From Tubiluchus corallicola (lineage: Eukaryota; Animalia; Priapulida), in the NCBI GenBank assembly GCA_030141605.1, contig JAQGDQ010000196.1, positions 1 to 64,000 of the forward strand: a stretch of 64,000 bases of DNA. Direction: 5' to 3'. Positions 1 to 24,329 of this stretch are shown in pieces (positions within the stretch are counted from its first letter, which is position 1; the number at the start of each line of letters is the position of its first letter). A program made the translations under genes and the position numbers. The notes beneath the pieces are model-generated. The model saw only the letters and a list, made by a program, of their open reading frames with translations. It was not told the origin of the DNA and did not search any database.

Positions 1-41
<41 letters not shown>

Positions 42-74
42 GAGAGAGAGCAAGACAAAGAAAGAGACTGAGAG

Positions 75-166
<92 letters not shown>
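1..166. repeat. (GA)n microsatellite
   Basis: Seen directly. Confidence 0.99.
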
Positions 167-169
<3 letters not shown>

Positions 170-516
170 TTGAATCATAATATTACTTGCATAATTGACA
201 TCAGGTATTTCTATGAAACTCATACATTTTGTATTATCTACTTTACTGCATCTGAATAAAATGTGCTGAGGAGTTTGCTCTTTTTCTCTACATGGACATA
301 AACTAGTATCGCACATATTAAGTCTATACACAGAGCTATTAAAATTCCCCTGGCTAGTTAAAAAAGACATGGCAATGGATTCTAAGCTTTGTGCTTTATT
401 TTTTAAGCTTTATGTAAGTTGAGGGTGTTCTTGTGTTTTAAGTATAGTAAAAAGTGCAGCGCCATCTACAGGCTACAGCAAGAAACAAGTGTAATTATCC
501 TTTTGTCTTTTTTCAG

Positions 517-657
517 CTGTCAATAATGGAATGTGTGATGGCTTCAATCATAGATGAGTTTCCACGTCAGTTACATTCCAGCACGTTACGTAACATCATA
601 TTTCGTTTCTGTGTGTGCCTTGTCTGGTTTCTTCTTGGCCTCGTCATGGTTACACAT
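517..657 (+). other. Inverted duplicate of the SLC6 TM9 exon with intact splice sites
   Basis: Same 47-aa translation as 1375-1515; tttcag acceptor and gtacgt donor kept; two synonymous differences (GAT/GAC, ACA/ACG). Confidence 0.9.
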
Positions 658-1374
658 GTACGTCCGCCTAGAATTATTTTCTCTCTAAATTTTGCGTTTT
701 CTCCTATTTGCTGTTTACATACATGGCCATTCCAACTACTTTTTACTGGGCAGCAATGGTTCAACAGCATATTAACCAATAGGCTGACTAGGGTGTCGCA
801 TTTTAGGAAAAAAACTTATTTTCCTCGGAAAATGTGTATACTTCCATATTCGTGTAAAGAGCGCATTTTTAACACACCACAGGCAGTTACAGAGCGTAGT
901 GTTTTTATAGGTGTCACATAACGAACAGATGCAAGGTAACACACAACAAGCAGTTGCGCTTGCTGCTCAAATATAAGCGCTATGCAAATACATTTAATTA
1001 ATATTGACTACATTGAAACTAGATCTAGTTTAGGTTTAGATTAGATTAAGATTAAACTAGAAACTGTGTTTCTAACACACCACAAGTAATTGTTTACCTT
1101 GCATCTGTTCGTTATGTGACACCTATAAAAACACTACGCTCTGTAACTGCCTGTGGTTTGTCAAAATGCGCTCTTTACACGAATATGGAAGTATACACAT
1201 TTTCCGAGGAAAATAAGTTTTTTTCCTAAAATGCGACACCCTAGTCAGCCTATTGGTTAATATGCTGCTGAACCATTGCTGCCCAGTAAAAAGTAGTTGG
1301 AATGGCTATGTATGTAAACAGCAAATAGGAGAAAACGCAAAATTTAGAGAGAAAATAATTCTAGGCGGACGTAC

Positions 1375-13571
<12,197 letters not shown>

Positions 13572-13606
13572 CTAGAAAACAAGCAGACGACAAAAATAAA
13601 TTAATG

Positions 13607-14264
13607 TCAAAGGACAAGAAAAGGGGTACCTAAAGTAGATTTCAGAAAAATCGCCTTAAAAATTCTATTACTTTAGAGCAATTTTATGCGTATATCGTAC
13701 TCTCCTTGAAAGGATTTTTTGTTTGTTTTCACTTTAAATTTCCCGCAATGCTGTTCAGACGGTGCTATTACATGACGTCATACACGCACAATGTAGACCA
13801 GGGAAAGAAATGAAATGTTAAATTATGTCCCGAAAAAACTTTCCATGCAAAGTTATATTGCTTAGCATTTCACTTACCTGCTTGAAAGACTTATGTAACT
13901 AGAAATAATAATTTAAAATGTTCATGCCAATTGGTAAAATGACGCTGACTCACCCTCCGGGGTGCGCCACGCACTAGCCAAAAACATATTTTTAATTTTA
14001 CTGACAAGGTACAGTAATTTTAAATTTTACTTAGTTAGTGACGTGTGTTCTACGAATGTTCTGGTGATTTTTTCTAACTTTACACAATGTTATCTAAACT
14101 TGTTTCAAATGAATTATCGTCAAAATGGCAGTGTCTAAAGCTCATCGCAAGAGTTTAAATTTACATGTTTTATACAGTGTGACTGCCGATTGAAGTCCTG
14201 TATGTAAAATTTCAAGACGAAATTTCTAAGCTTTAGGTATATGGAGGTTTTTCTTGTGCTTTAA
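13607..14264 (+). mobile_element. TTAA-flanked MITE, family A
   Basis: tcaa-aggacaagaaaagggg ... tttttcttgtgct-ttaa. Confidence 0.85.
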
Positions 14265-14434
14265 ATTTTCATTGGCAAGTATAAAAGCTGATTGGTTGAT
14301 CTGTACTTTCTGTTAAAGTTTAGCGTTGCACTTAAACTTGGAATAAAACCCAATCTTAATCCACAATTCTTTATTTTATGGTTCTAACACAGCAGTTCGC
14401 GAGCATAAAAATGTGCGGTGTCTTCACAACGCAT

Positions 14435-14943
14435 TTAAAGGAAACATCAAGCCTTATCTCACTGTTGGCGAAAAATGAAAACAGTATTTAGTAAGAAAAA
14501 TGTGACAAGCGCCTCGTGTAGTCAGTAAAACCACTTTAAAGTTGCGATCATTTCACTCTTGGGCGCGCCCATTTTGAATGCCCGTCCTTCCACCAATGAC
14601 GTCGTTCATCAGCTTAAGAAAAGCAAGGCACTGTAAATTTCCGTATAATTAAAGTATAATAAGTTTTTACAAAAAAATATAAAACTAATTCCGTGATATT
14701 TTGGCATGACATTGCGTAACCTGCAGAAGTTTGAAGTTTAAGCAAAAAGCCACAAGTCCACCAGTTACGTCACAACTTTCAAATGAATAGCGGCGATCAC
14801 GTGAATTTTTTTAAAGAGGTTGCACAAATCAACTTTATGTTTTAAAGACAGTATTTTTGTAAACTTCTTGTTATACGTTTCTAAGTTCAAGTGATAAAAG
14901 TAGAATAAACCCCACATTCTAGGGTGGCTGGTGCTTCCCTTTA
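14435..14943 (+). mobile_element. TTAA-flanked MITE, family D
   Basis: Starts ttaa-aggaaac; shares ctttaaagt..cgatc..ttcac.cttgggcgc.cc.attttgaatgccc with 5488-6003. Confidence 0.65.
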
Positions 14944-15231
14944 CTGTTCTAAGCGTAAGGGTTGTGAAAGCCATATCAATACGATGCTGTAAATTAGGTT
15001 CGTTACAAGTTATTTTACGACTGCAATTCGGAGTCAACAAATATTTAATTTGCTTGTTGGTCTTACAAACAATAATGATAAGAGCCAGTCTATAGTTTGT
15101 AGTCTGGTAGTTCAAAACAGAATTTTGCCAGCAATATAAGCAGGACCGAAAAATACCAGTTATCGTACGAGTTACAGTCAAATGAGTAAATATCTGAATA
15201 AACGAATGCATAGTTGAAAACGTATGAACGA

Positions 15232-15745
<514 letters not shown>

Positions 15746-15809
15746 TTTGTATCTAGACTGATCCTCTTACTTTCAAAAATTTTTGTTAGTTTGGAATATG
15801 CAGCTTAGT

Positions 15810-16000
15810 GTTAGTTACATTTCCTCCATTCATCATCTCCATTCCTTTTTGTGTGATACTCTTCTGTTTTATCCTTATTTAGTTTGAGATCCATTTCTTT
15901 TAATTTTGTTTTTATTTTGATTTTGATATCACCTATTTCATCTTTGTTTCTTGCTGTCCGTACAATATTGTCATCATACTGCAGGTCTATGGTTGCATGC
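15810..16000 (-). mobile_element. Degenerate LINE reverse-transcriptase fragment (RTE/RTE-X-like)
   Basis: TIDLQYDDNI...LKEMDLKLNKDKTEEYHTKRNGDDEWRKC resembles QYADDI...L..N..KTE...W..CKYLG. Confidence 0.6.
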
Positions 16001-16104
16001 TATTTCGTTTTACTAGCATAATTGTGCTCTAATTCTGTTCCCGACTGCAGTTTTTTGGATCCAGTTTGTAGAATGAAAATGATACCTCTTGAAAGCAGTA
16101 TAAT

Positions 16105-16238
16105 GTTATTGCGTCATGTTAATCGCTATGACGCAACTGACGTCATCGGCGTTGTCACTAGTGACGCGTCGTAGCAACGCGTCACGACGAAGCGCGCGCA
16201 ATTTTCAATTATAAGGACGTGTAAACAGTCTGAAAACG
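16105..16238. promoter_or_regulatory. CpG-rich promoter with CRE and TATA-like element
   Basis: Dense CpG in an AT-rich background; TGACGTCA at 16138-16145, several TGACGC half sites, ttataag near 16209, directly before the ATG at 16239. Confidence 0.6.
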
Positions 16239-16524
16239 ATGTTTTTACTAAACGTTCCTCTAATAACATGTTTTGCCATCGTTTTGTCGTGTGTTAACTC
16301 TAGTGTCGAAATTAAAAAAACGGAAGAACATAAAGTCGGTAATCCCAAACATGTCGGTGTGCCAGATGATTCGGATGTCATAGACAGTCTCAAAGCACAG
16401 AAGAGGGATGATGGTGAAGAGTTCGACCAATCATCTGACGTTGAGGAAGTAACTAGCGCCACCACAGAAAACAATGAATCAACACAGTTTCCACCGGTGC
16501 CTGCAAATGTACCTTCTGACACTG
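16239..16524 (+). CDS. Exon 1 of the membrane-protein gene (signal peptide, acidic ectodomain)
   Basis: MFLLNVPLITCFAIVLSCVNSSVEIKKTEE...PSDT; gtaaaa donor. Confidence 0.8.
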
Positions 16525-19500
16525 GTAAAAGCAGCATAATGTGAATGAAACACCTTAAATCGATAGCATAAAACTCGTACTGATGCAGAACTGACTCAAC
16601 TGACTATACTACGCTATGCTATGTTATGTTATGCTACGCTGCACTAACTACACTATGCTACACTACACTGCACTGCACTGCACTACGCTACCCTGCACTA
16701 CACTACACTACACTACACTACACTACACTATACTACACTGCACTGCACTGCACTACACTACACTACACTGCACTACACTATACTATGCTATATTATATTA
16801 CATATTCTAGTTACTTTTTAGCACATTGAGAACTTACTTGCAGCTCTGTGGTGTTTCGTATTTTGTCTTTAGTGTTGTTTCAAATGTAAAACACCAATAA
16901 AAAAGATTTCGCTTATCTAGCACCTTCTTGGAAGCTGACATTCAGAGATTATGCGTAATGCTTTTGAGAGATAAATGAGGTCAATGGTATGCGCTTGATA
17001 GCGAAGTTCAGCAGCCCGGGTTTAGTTAGTAAATGGATGGATGACCACTGGAAGAACAATTTCAATTGTCACACTCTTTCGCTCTCATTTATTCTGTTGT
17101 TTATACATTTGAAAAAATATTCATTTTGTGTTGAAAATGCCGATCTGGCGCTCTAGCGATGCTGCCTTTATTCTACCATAGAGAACTAATTTAATATTTT
17201 TTGGTTTCAGGTCAAGTCATTTCATTGGACAGTCGACCCATCGCTGATGACGTCATCACACTGAGCTTATTAGCATTAGCAGCCGTATTCGCTGCCGTGC
17301 TTTCAGCCTTGGTTTATGTCTGTGCCAGGTGGGTACAATAAAATTATCACATTAGTTTAAATATAGTTTGTTGGGTTGAGATTTGGCAAGTTTTTAAGAC
17401 TGATACACGAATTCTCACCAAGCATATACTATGTAGTACCATGTACCATGTGCACTATGTAGAAGCAGAAGTGCAGAAAAACTAAAGTAATATAGATTGA
17501 ATACAAATAAACTTAAATAAATATACATACATACAAATACTTATATACAAAGACATATACGTAGCAAGTTAGCAGCTGTGACACTATGAATAAGACAACA
17601 AATAAATAATAACAATAACTGCCTTAAAATTTATCATGGATACATAAAAGAGATCCTAAGGTCTGTTCGTTATCTTATATTATATATGTATGTTGTGTTG
17701 GATTATAATTTGTAACTATTTCTATTGTATATGAGCGTTGGATTCTAAATTATATATTAGTAATGTATAGGAATTTTAGGAATTTTAAACATATCTCTAA
17801 AAATAGAGGCAATGTATTCACCTGTACAGCTTCAAGCTTAGTCACATGTACAGCTTCAAGCACAGCTTCAAGCTTAATCACCTGTACAGCTTCAAGCCTA
17901 GTCACCTGTACAGCTTCAAGCTTAGTCACATGTACAGCTTCAAGCTTAGTCACCTGTACAGCTTCAAGCTTAGTCACCTGTACAGCTTCAAGCTTAGTCA
18001 CCTGTACAGCTTCAAGCCTAGTCACCTGTACAGCTTCAAGCCTAGTCACATGTACAGCTTCAAGCCTAGTCACCTGTACAGCTTCAAGCCCAGTCACCTG
18101 TACAGCTTCAAGCTTAGTCACCTGTACAGCTTCAAGCCTAGTCACATGTACAGCTTCAAGCTTAGTCACCTGTACAGCTTCAAGCTCAGTCACCTGTACA
18201 GCTTCAAGCTTAGTCACCTGTACAGCTTCAAGTTTAGTCACCTGTACAGCTTCAAGCTTAGTCACCTGTACAGCTTCAAGCTTAGTCTTATGTACAGCTT
18301 CAAGCCTAGTCACCTGTACAGCTTCAAGCTTAGTCACCTGTACAGCTTCAAGCTTAGTCACCCGTACAGCTTCAAGCTTAGTCACCTGTACAGCTTCAAG
18401 CTTAGTCACATGTACAGCTTCAAGCCTAGTCACCTGTACAGCTTCAAGCTTAGTCACCTGTACAGCTTCAAGCTTAGTCACCCGTACAGCTTCAAGCTTA
18501 GTCACATGTACAGCTTCAAGCCTAGTCACCTGTACAGCTTCAAGCTTAGTCACCTGTACAGCTTCAAGCTTAGTCACCCGTACAGCTTCAAGCTTAGTCA
18601 CATGTACAGCTTCAAGCACAGCTTCAAGCCTAGTCACCTGTACAGCTTCAAGCCTAGTCACCTGTACAGCTTCAAGCCTAGTCACCTGTACAGCTTCAAG
18701 CTTAGTCACCTGTACAGCTTCAAGCTTAGTCACCTGTACAGCTTCAAGCCTAGTCACCTGTACAGCTTCAAGCTTAGTCACCTGTACAGCTTCAAGCCTA
18801 GTCACCTGTACAGCTTCAAGCTTAGTCACCTGTACAGCTTCAAGCCTAGTCACCTGTACAGCTTCAAGCCTAGTCACCTGTACAGCTTCAAGCTTAGTCA
18901 CCTGTACAGCTTCAAGCCTAGTCACCTGTACAGCTTCACGCCTAGTCACCTGTACAGCTTCAAGCTTAGTCACCTGTACAGCTTCAAGCTTAGTCACCTG
19001 TACAGCTTCAAGCTTAGTCACCTGTACAGCTGCAAGCCTAGTCACCTGTACAGCTAAAGTTCTCACCATGTTACTAAATGAAGAATGTCCACAACCTTTA
19101 ATATGAAATTTCCTTGTTAGAAAGCTATAAAAATCTCTTTGCAGAACTACAGACCGATTTGGAGGTATTAAGTTACCCCACATCATGTAGTATGTGGCAC
19201 TAGAGCTGTGTAAAAAAGCATGAACAATACTTTTCAACAAAACCAATGTATGGTTCAATAACAAATCGAAAAATATTTAATCACTATTACTATTAGTTTG
19301 AAAAATTTTGGTTGCGCACATCAATATAAAAAATATGAACGAGCACTTCTTGGGGTAATTTTTACCCCACCTTGGTCGGCTAAGGGTTAAAAAGACTGGC
19401 TAGCACAGAAGAAGGTCGTTGATTTTTGGCCAGTACAGCAACGAAAGCAAAATCAATTGCAGGCGAAACAAATGGCCGAGAGGACAGGTTGTGTGCTCCC

Positions 19501-22500
19501 ATGTTGGAATGCGTCCTGCACGCCCACGCACGTGTTTTTCTCATATTTGTAATCTAGTTTTTTATATAAACTTTCTCGTTACATAGGTCACGAGTTTGTG
19601 ATTCAAGCTGCGTTGTTAGAAAAAGATCGCAAGCTCACGAACGAGGTAAATCTACTTAAGCTAAACAATCATATCTCTCTAATAAACTAGTCTACATTGA
19701 ACGGTTATGTTTCAGGTTTTATAGTTTTCAACATCTTCATGGGTTCTAACGAGATGAGGATAAGAATCGTAGTAATTGTGATGATGCAAAACATTTCTCA
19801 CTGTTATCTGAATATCAGTGGCGGCTCGTGTATGGGTACTGTGGAACTGCAGCACCCCTGTTTTCACTCAATATACCGTATATACGGGTGTACAAGTCGA
19901 CCTTATGTACAAGTCGATGTGCATTTTAAGACCAAAAATCGGTCATTTTATATATTACCTGTGTACAAGTCGACCATAAAATGTTAAAATCTTCCAGAGT
20001 AAATGATGTCAACAATGGCCGAGTAATAAATCAATAGCCTCCTGTGTTAGTGTGTAAGATATGTGCAAGTGCCTGGGTCGAGTATATTATACCTACCCGA
20101 TGTATATATATATATATTCATGTTGAGGCCCCTCAATGCAATCCATGATAATGCAGCCTGGCCTTTCAGACTGTTTGTAATGTCTTTTAATCCTAGGATT
20201 TCGCGGCCAGGATCCGTCGTAACATTTCAACATATTGGTATTGTAGACGACTCTTTGGCGACATCTCCCAATAACATATCGTAAGTATAATGCGACCCCA
20301 AAAATTTCACCTTAAAATCGCCTCGCAAAAATTCGACTTGTACATAAGTATACTTGTGCAGAACCGGATCACGTGAGGGAAGTACAATTTGCTTTACAGC
20401 TCACGCAACGTGGTGTTTGACTGTTGTGCGCATGCGGCCATGCGCACATGTCTGAGATAACACGCTGTACGCTAGCGCCTGCTGCTAGGTAGAAAAGTAC
20501 TGTATCTATCACAGTAACAATTGCCACGTGCTTATCATGTACCATCATAACCTTCAATGTGATAAAATGTAAACTTAGCGTGGGTGCTTAAAACATAAAT
20601 TATTTAATAATAGGCGCCTTGCATCCCCAAGAAATAAGTTCTGTGACTGTAAGTGAACTACAACAGCTTAATTTTTTACAATTGTCTCTCCATGAGAAAG
20701 CTGGAGTTAAGAGAAGAGACCGTTCAACACCTGATCTTCAATTATTACAACAACATATGTTTATTTCGTTTTACACATTATTAAAGTAATGGCTAAAAAT
20801 TTTCTGAAGCCGCACCCCCCCTTCTAATTTTTGCCACGAGCCGCCACAGCTCAATATACGATAACGTATTTGATAAGAAAACATGGATTTTAATTATAAA
20901 ATTAAAACAGAGTTTTTAAATAAAACAGCCAAAATGTCGTCATAAAGAATCGATTTTTTTAAAAGAACATTGACTGTAGGGGTCTGATTACGTCACGTTC
21001 ACTTAATTTTCCCCAGGTATTGTTATGTAAGGCAGAACGTCAAGTTTATTGTTTTCGTTCAAGTATGGTGATAAATTAAGGTAAAACAAAACTTATAGTT
21101 TATTTAATAATAGTGGCAAATTGTTATTTCTTATCTGTTCTCGTTTAGATGTATCTATACCTATATGCCTTCCCTTTTAAATAGCTTTTGCAAAATTCTG
21201 GATTAGTTCACCTACCTTAGTTATTGAAACGGGAAGGCATCGTGAACCAAAAAAGCTTCCTGTTAATCAACGAGTTTGCTTATATTGGAAGGAATCGGAT
21301 ATTGAAGATGAGAACTGTGATAAATATAAAAAAGACAGAAAGATAGCTTTCATTAAAATCTCATGCATATGTCCCGATTTTACTAATATGAACAATGTTG
21401 ACAAATATTTGATTTTTAACAATGTTGATCGATGTTGTCAAATATTTGTCTTTGAACAATGTTGGCAAATATTTGTTTTTGAACAATGTTAAACAATGTT
21501 GGTAAATATTTGTTTTTGAACAATGTTAAACAATGTTGACAAATATTTGTTTTTGGTAGGGAGCAATGACCTAGAAATACTAACAGCTGTTTGGGACCTA
21601 ATAAATGAATATTTGTAAATAAGAGGAAGCTAGAGAATTTTGTATTTATAAAATTAGATTATTAGCTTTGTTATAAATTCTAGTGTGTTGAATGTTTATG
21701 TGAAGTTGGGTTTATGACATACATCAGTGTTTAATGTTGTTTTTAGTTTCTTTGCTTGTTAAAGTGCTACCATCTTGTACTTATATTTGTTTTGTCAGGT
21801 ACTTTGTAATTAATGACCTGTTAATTTTCTTAATATACTTTCACCCATTAAATTACCAATAATATATTTTCTTTTGCAAATCATCAGAACACGTAAATTC
21901 GCCTTTGTTTATAATTGAGATATAATAATATGGTAAGTGCAAATGCAACGTCTTGTTTATTTGCTTGCGTGTTTACTTGTTCGTCCGCAAGTGCATTTGT
22001 TTACCTGTAGCTCATTCGTTTGTTTGTTTGTCCGTTTATCCTTTAGCGACCCCTATTTCGTTTGTGTTCGATTATTTACTCATTCTCGCTATTGCTAAAT
22101 GAAATCCCTTGTAAAATACGAAAGGCCTGTAAATCTCCTCGCCTGCTATTGTCGAAATTTATCATTATTTTACTTATTGCTAAATTTGCAGAAGCTAAAA
22201 ACATTTCAATGATTACAGATCGCGTTTTGTTTTACAGTTGTGCATACCAAATATGGCGCGGCTGACGAAGGTTGGAGTTTAACTGATGTAAGTTCTCCAC
22301 CTTAAGAACAATTTGTAATTTTTTTATTCTACGTTTGTCTTAAGCACGTCAGTAACAGTGAGTATTACTTTAGTGCCTTCAAAAGAGCAAACAAGTGATC
22401 GGAGTTACTTTCTTAATGTGTTTTCGTCGCCATCTTATTAACCTGTTGATGAACTGTTTAGCATTTGCTTATAACACAGATTTTGAGAAACTACTAAATA

Positions 22501-22721
22501 TTGCATTTTTAATAAATCGTTTGGCGATTTTTAGTTGTTGCAGACGGTCTTCAAAATTTCAGTGTATCATTTTTACTGATTCTATTAAAGGTTTTTAGTC
22601 TTTTGTGCGGTCAAAAATTTCAATAGGAACAGCAGTAGGAAGCTATATACAGCAGCACAAACAGGAGAACAAGATCCAAGAACACAACCACCATCTCCAA
22701 CAACAACAACAACAACAACAA

Positions 22722-22786
<65 letters not shown>

Positions 22787-22793
22787 ACAACAA

Positions 22794-22828
<35 letters not shown>

Positions 22829-22864
22829 ACAACAATAACAACAACAACAGCAGCAACAACAGCA

Positions 22865-22896
<32 letters not shown>

Positions 22897-22931
22897 AACA
22901 ACAACAGCAACAACAACAACAACAGCAGAAG

Positions 22932-22963
<32 letters not shown>

Positions 22964-22977
22964 GCGACAACAACAGC

Positions 22978-23044
<67 letters not shown>

Positions 23045-24329
23045 TTGTCACCACCATGACAACGCTATTTAAGCCACTGCTTAAGCCCATTTAAATACGA
23101 ATTTTTGAACACGACATTAACTGAATGCAAGAAATGCAGTGACAGATCTTTAAGAAACTTTTTTGTTTTTGCAGGTGTCAGATGAGCCGGTTTTTCGTTA
23201 TGAAGTGAAACACTACTCAGGTTGTGCTCGAACTGCTTCCACTGCTGATCAGGAACTGAAGTACAAGATGAATGAGAACAACTGCTGCGCACTGAACTCC
23301 AGTTACATATTTGCAAAAGGTCGCCAACATTCGACAACTCTGGAACGCGAGGCGCTCGAAGACAAAGATGAAGAAGAACACAGCGAAGTTTCAGAACATT
23401 CCGTTCCAAGTGAAGCATCTGTTCTGTGCAATAAAGGTATTGATTCCTATGACGTCATAGCTGCTGCTGAAGCTTATGACGCGAAAGTAAGCCAAGCTGA
23501 AAAATTAGCAAAAACCGATGTTGCCAAAAACGAAAGGGATTTTACTAACAACGCCTCGCTTGAAGCTGCTGGAGATGGTAGCAAGAACGGTGAAGTTGAA
23601 AGTGTCTCGGAACTAGTGACAGACGAGAGCAAGTCAAGTATTGAAACCTTGAAGTTGATTTTACCGTCACCAAAAATTAACATTGACGTAGAAAAAGCCG
23701 CGAGCAGCCCGGAAAGGGAGGCAGAAATTGACAGCGCCTCTTTGCGACGTGCACCAGTACTTCTGTCGCAGAAGAGGCAGCTTGGTTGTGGTGAAAGGAG
23801 GTCCACTGTCTCATCTCTTTCTGAAGACATTATACCTATAGAGATACCAAGACGAATGCGTATGAATGCGGGGGACCTATCTGAACATCAGGATACATTT
23901 GAAGAAGTGTATCTTTCTGATGTATTTCGCACAAATGAAACCAAAGTGAAACGTCATTCTGATCAGTTATCCTGGGCACCCTACGATAGACGGGTTAACA
24001 CTCCAATTTCTGGTGGTAATGTTTACAATAAACTGGAGTACGCGCAGGTCATGGCTATTGCAAAAGAGCATAAGAAAAAGCAGAATAATGAGAACAACCA
24101 AAAGCAAGAACAAAGTCATTTCATCAATAAGATATCGGGAAACTATGAAAGACGACCTGTACATGTTAAGCATCTTTACGAATCAGAGGAACTTCTGCGT
24201 CTTCAAGAGATGACAGAAACGACGAGTGACCAATCTAAAGACGATACAGTTGAAAGGAGGATGAGTAATTCAATGCTGCGCACTATTAGAACAAAATTTT
24301 TTGATCGAAAAGTAAAGAAGGCATCATAG
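16239..24329 (+). CDS. Uncharacterised type I single-pass membrane protein, about 555 aa, 5 exons
   Basis: Exons 16239-16524, 17211-17328, 19587-19645, 22238-22287 and 23175-24329 join in frame with GT-AG (phases 1,2,1,0). Signal-peptide-like N-terminus, short acidic ectodomain, TM VITLSLLALAAVFAAVLSALVYVCA, long hydrophilic tail. Confidence 0.8.
16590..16803. repeat. (CACTA/CACTG)n pentamer repeat
   Basis: Seen directly. Confidence 0.93.
17002..17058 (+). pseudogene. Possible degenerate 5S rRNA-derived fragment (5S pseudogene or SINE3 head)
   Basis: cgaagttcagcagcccgggtttagttagtaaatggatggatgaccactgg resembles the 5S internal control region CGAAGTTAAGCA...GGTTAGTACTTGGATGGGTGACCGCCTGG. Confidence 0.4.
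17211..17328 (+). CDS. Exon 2 (transmembrane helix)
   Basis: GQVISLDSRPIADDVITLSLLALAAVFAAVLSALVYVCAR. Confidence 0.8.
17818..19055. repeat. 24-bp minisatellite, about 50 copies, intronic
   Basis: Unit gtcacctgtacagcttcaagc(t/c)ta. Confidence 0.99.
19587..19645 (+). CDS. Exon 3 (juxtamembrane)
   Basis: SRVCDSSCVVRKRSQAHER; phase-compatible on both sides. Confidence 0.65.
19816..20849 (+). mobile_element. hAT-type MITE with a nested Tc1/pogo-like insertion
   Basis: TIR cagtggcggctcgtg ... cacgagccgccacag; 8-bp TSD ctgaatat/ctcaatat; nested segment about 19874-20352 starting taccgtatatacggg with gtacaagtcga/tcgacttgtac inverted motifs. Confidence 0.8.
21390..21555. repeat. Short tandem repeat (aacaatgtt...aaatatttg)
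   Basis: Seen directly. Confidence 0.85.
22238..22287 (+). CDS. Exon 4
   Basis: VVHTKYGAADEGWSLTD; tttacag acceptor, gtaagt donor. Confidence 0.7.
22699..23044. repeat. (CAA/CAG)n trinucleotide repeat, intronic
   Basis: Seen directly; lies in intron 4 of the membrane-protein model. Confidence 0.98.
23175..24329 (+). CDS. Terminal exon (cytoplasmic tail)
   Basis: 1.15-kb non-repetitive open frame after a ttttgcag acceptor, ending FFDRKVKKAS-stop. Confidence 0.88.
   Translation: MSDEPVFRYEVKHYSGCARTASTADQELKYKMNENNCCALNSSYIFAKGRQHSTTLEREALEDKDEEEHSEVSEHSVPSEASVLCNKGIDSYDVIAAAEAYDAKVSQAEKLAKTDVAKNERDFTNNASLEAAGDGSKNGEVESVSELVTDESKSSIETLKLILPSPKINIDVEKAASSPEREAEIDSASLRRAPVLLSQKRQLGCGERRSTVSSLSEDIIPIEIPRRMRMNAGDLSEHQDTFEEVYLSDVFRTNETKVKRHSDQLSWAPYDRRVNTPISGGNVYNKLEYAQVMAIAKEHKKKQNNENNQKQEQSHFINKISGNYERRPVHVKHLYESEELLRLQEMTETTSDQSKDDTVERRMSNSMLRTIRTKFFDRKVKKAS

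Noticed and set aside
454-921. 155-aa ORF as an independent gene
   Set aside because: It is the inverted SLC6 exon plus read-through into intron sequence.
15768-15895. MDLKLNKDK... as the SLC6 first coding exon
   Set aside because: No phase-0 donor before the stop, and the peptide fits a LINE reverse-transcriptase remnant better.
17750-19264. 400-500 aa ORFs (TKLEAVQV, TCTASSLV, YSFKLSH repeats)
   Set aside because: Translations of a 24-bp minisatellite inside an intron; no splice or complexity support.
22605-23090. Poly-Q or poly-L coding exon
   Set aside because: A stop interrupts the Q frame, and the gene model splices in frame from 22287 to 23175 without it.
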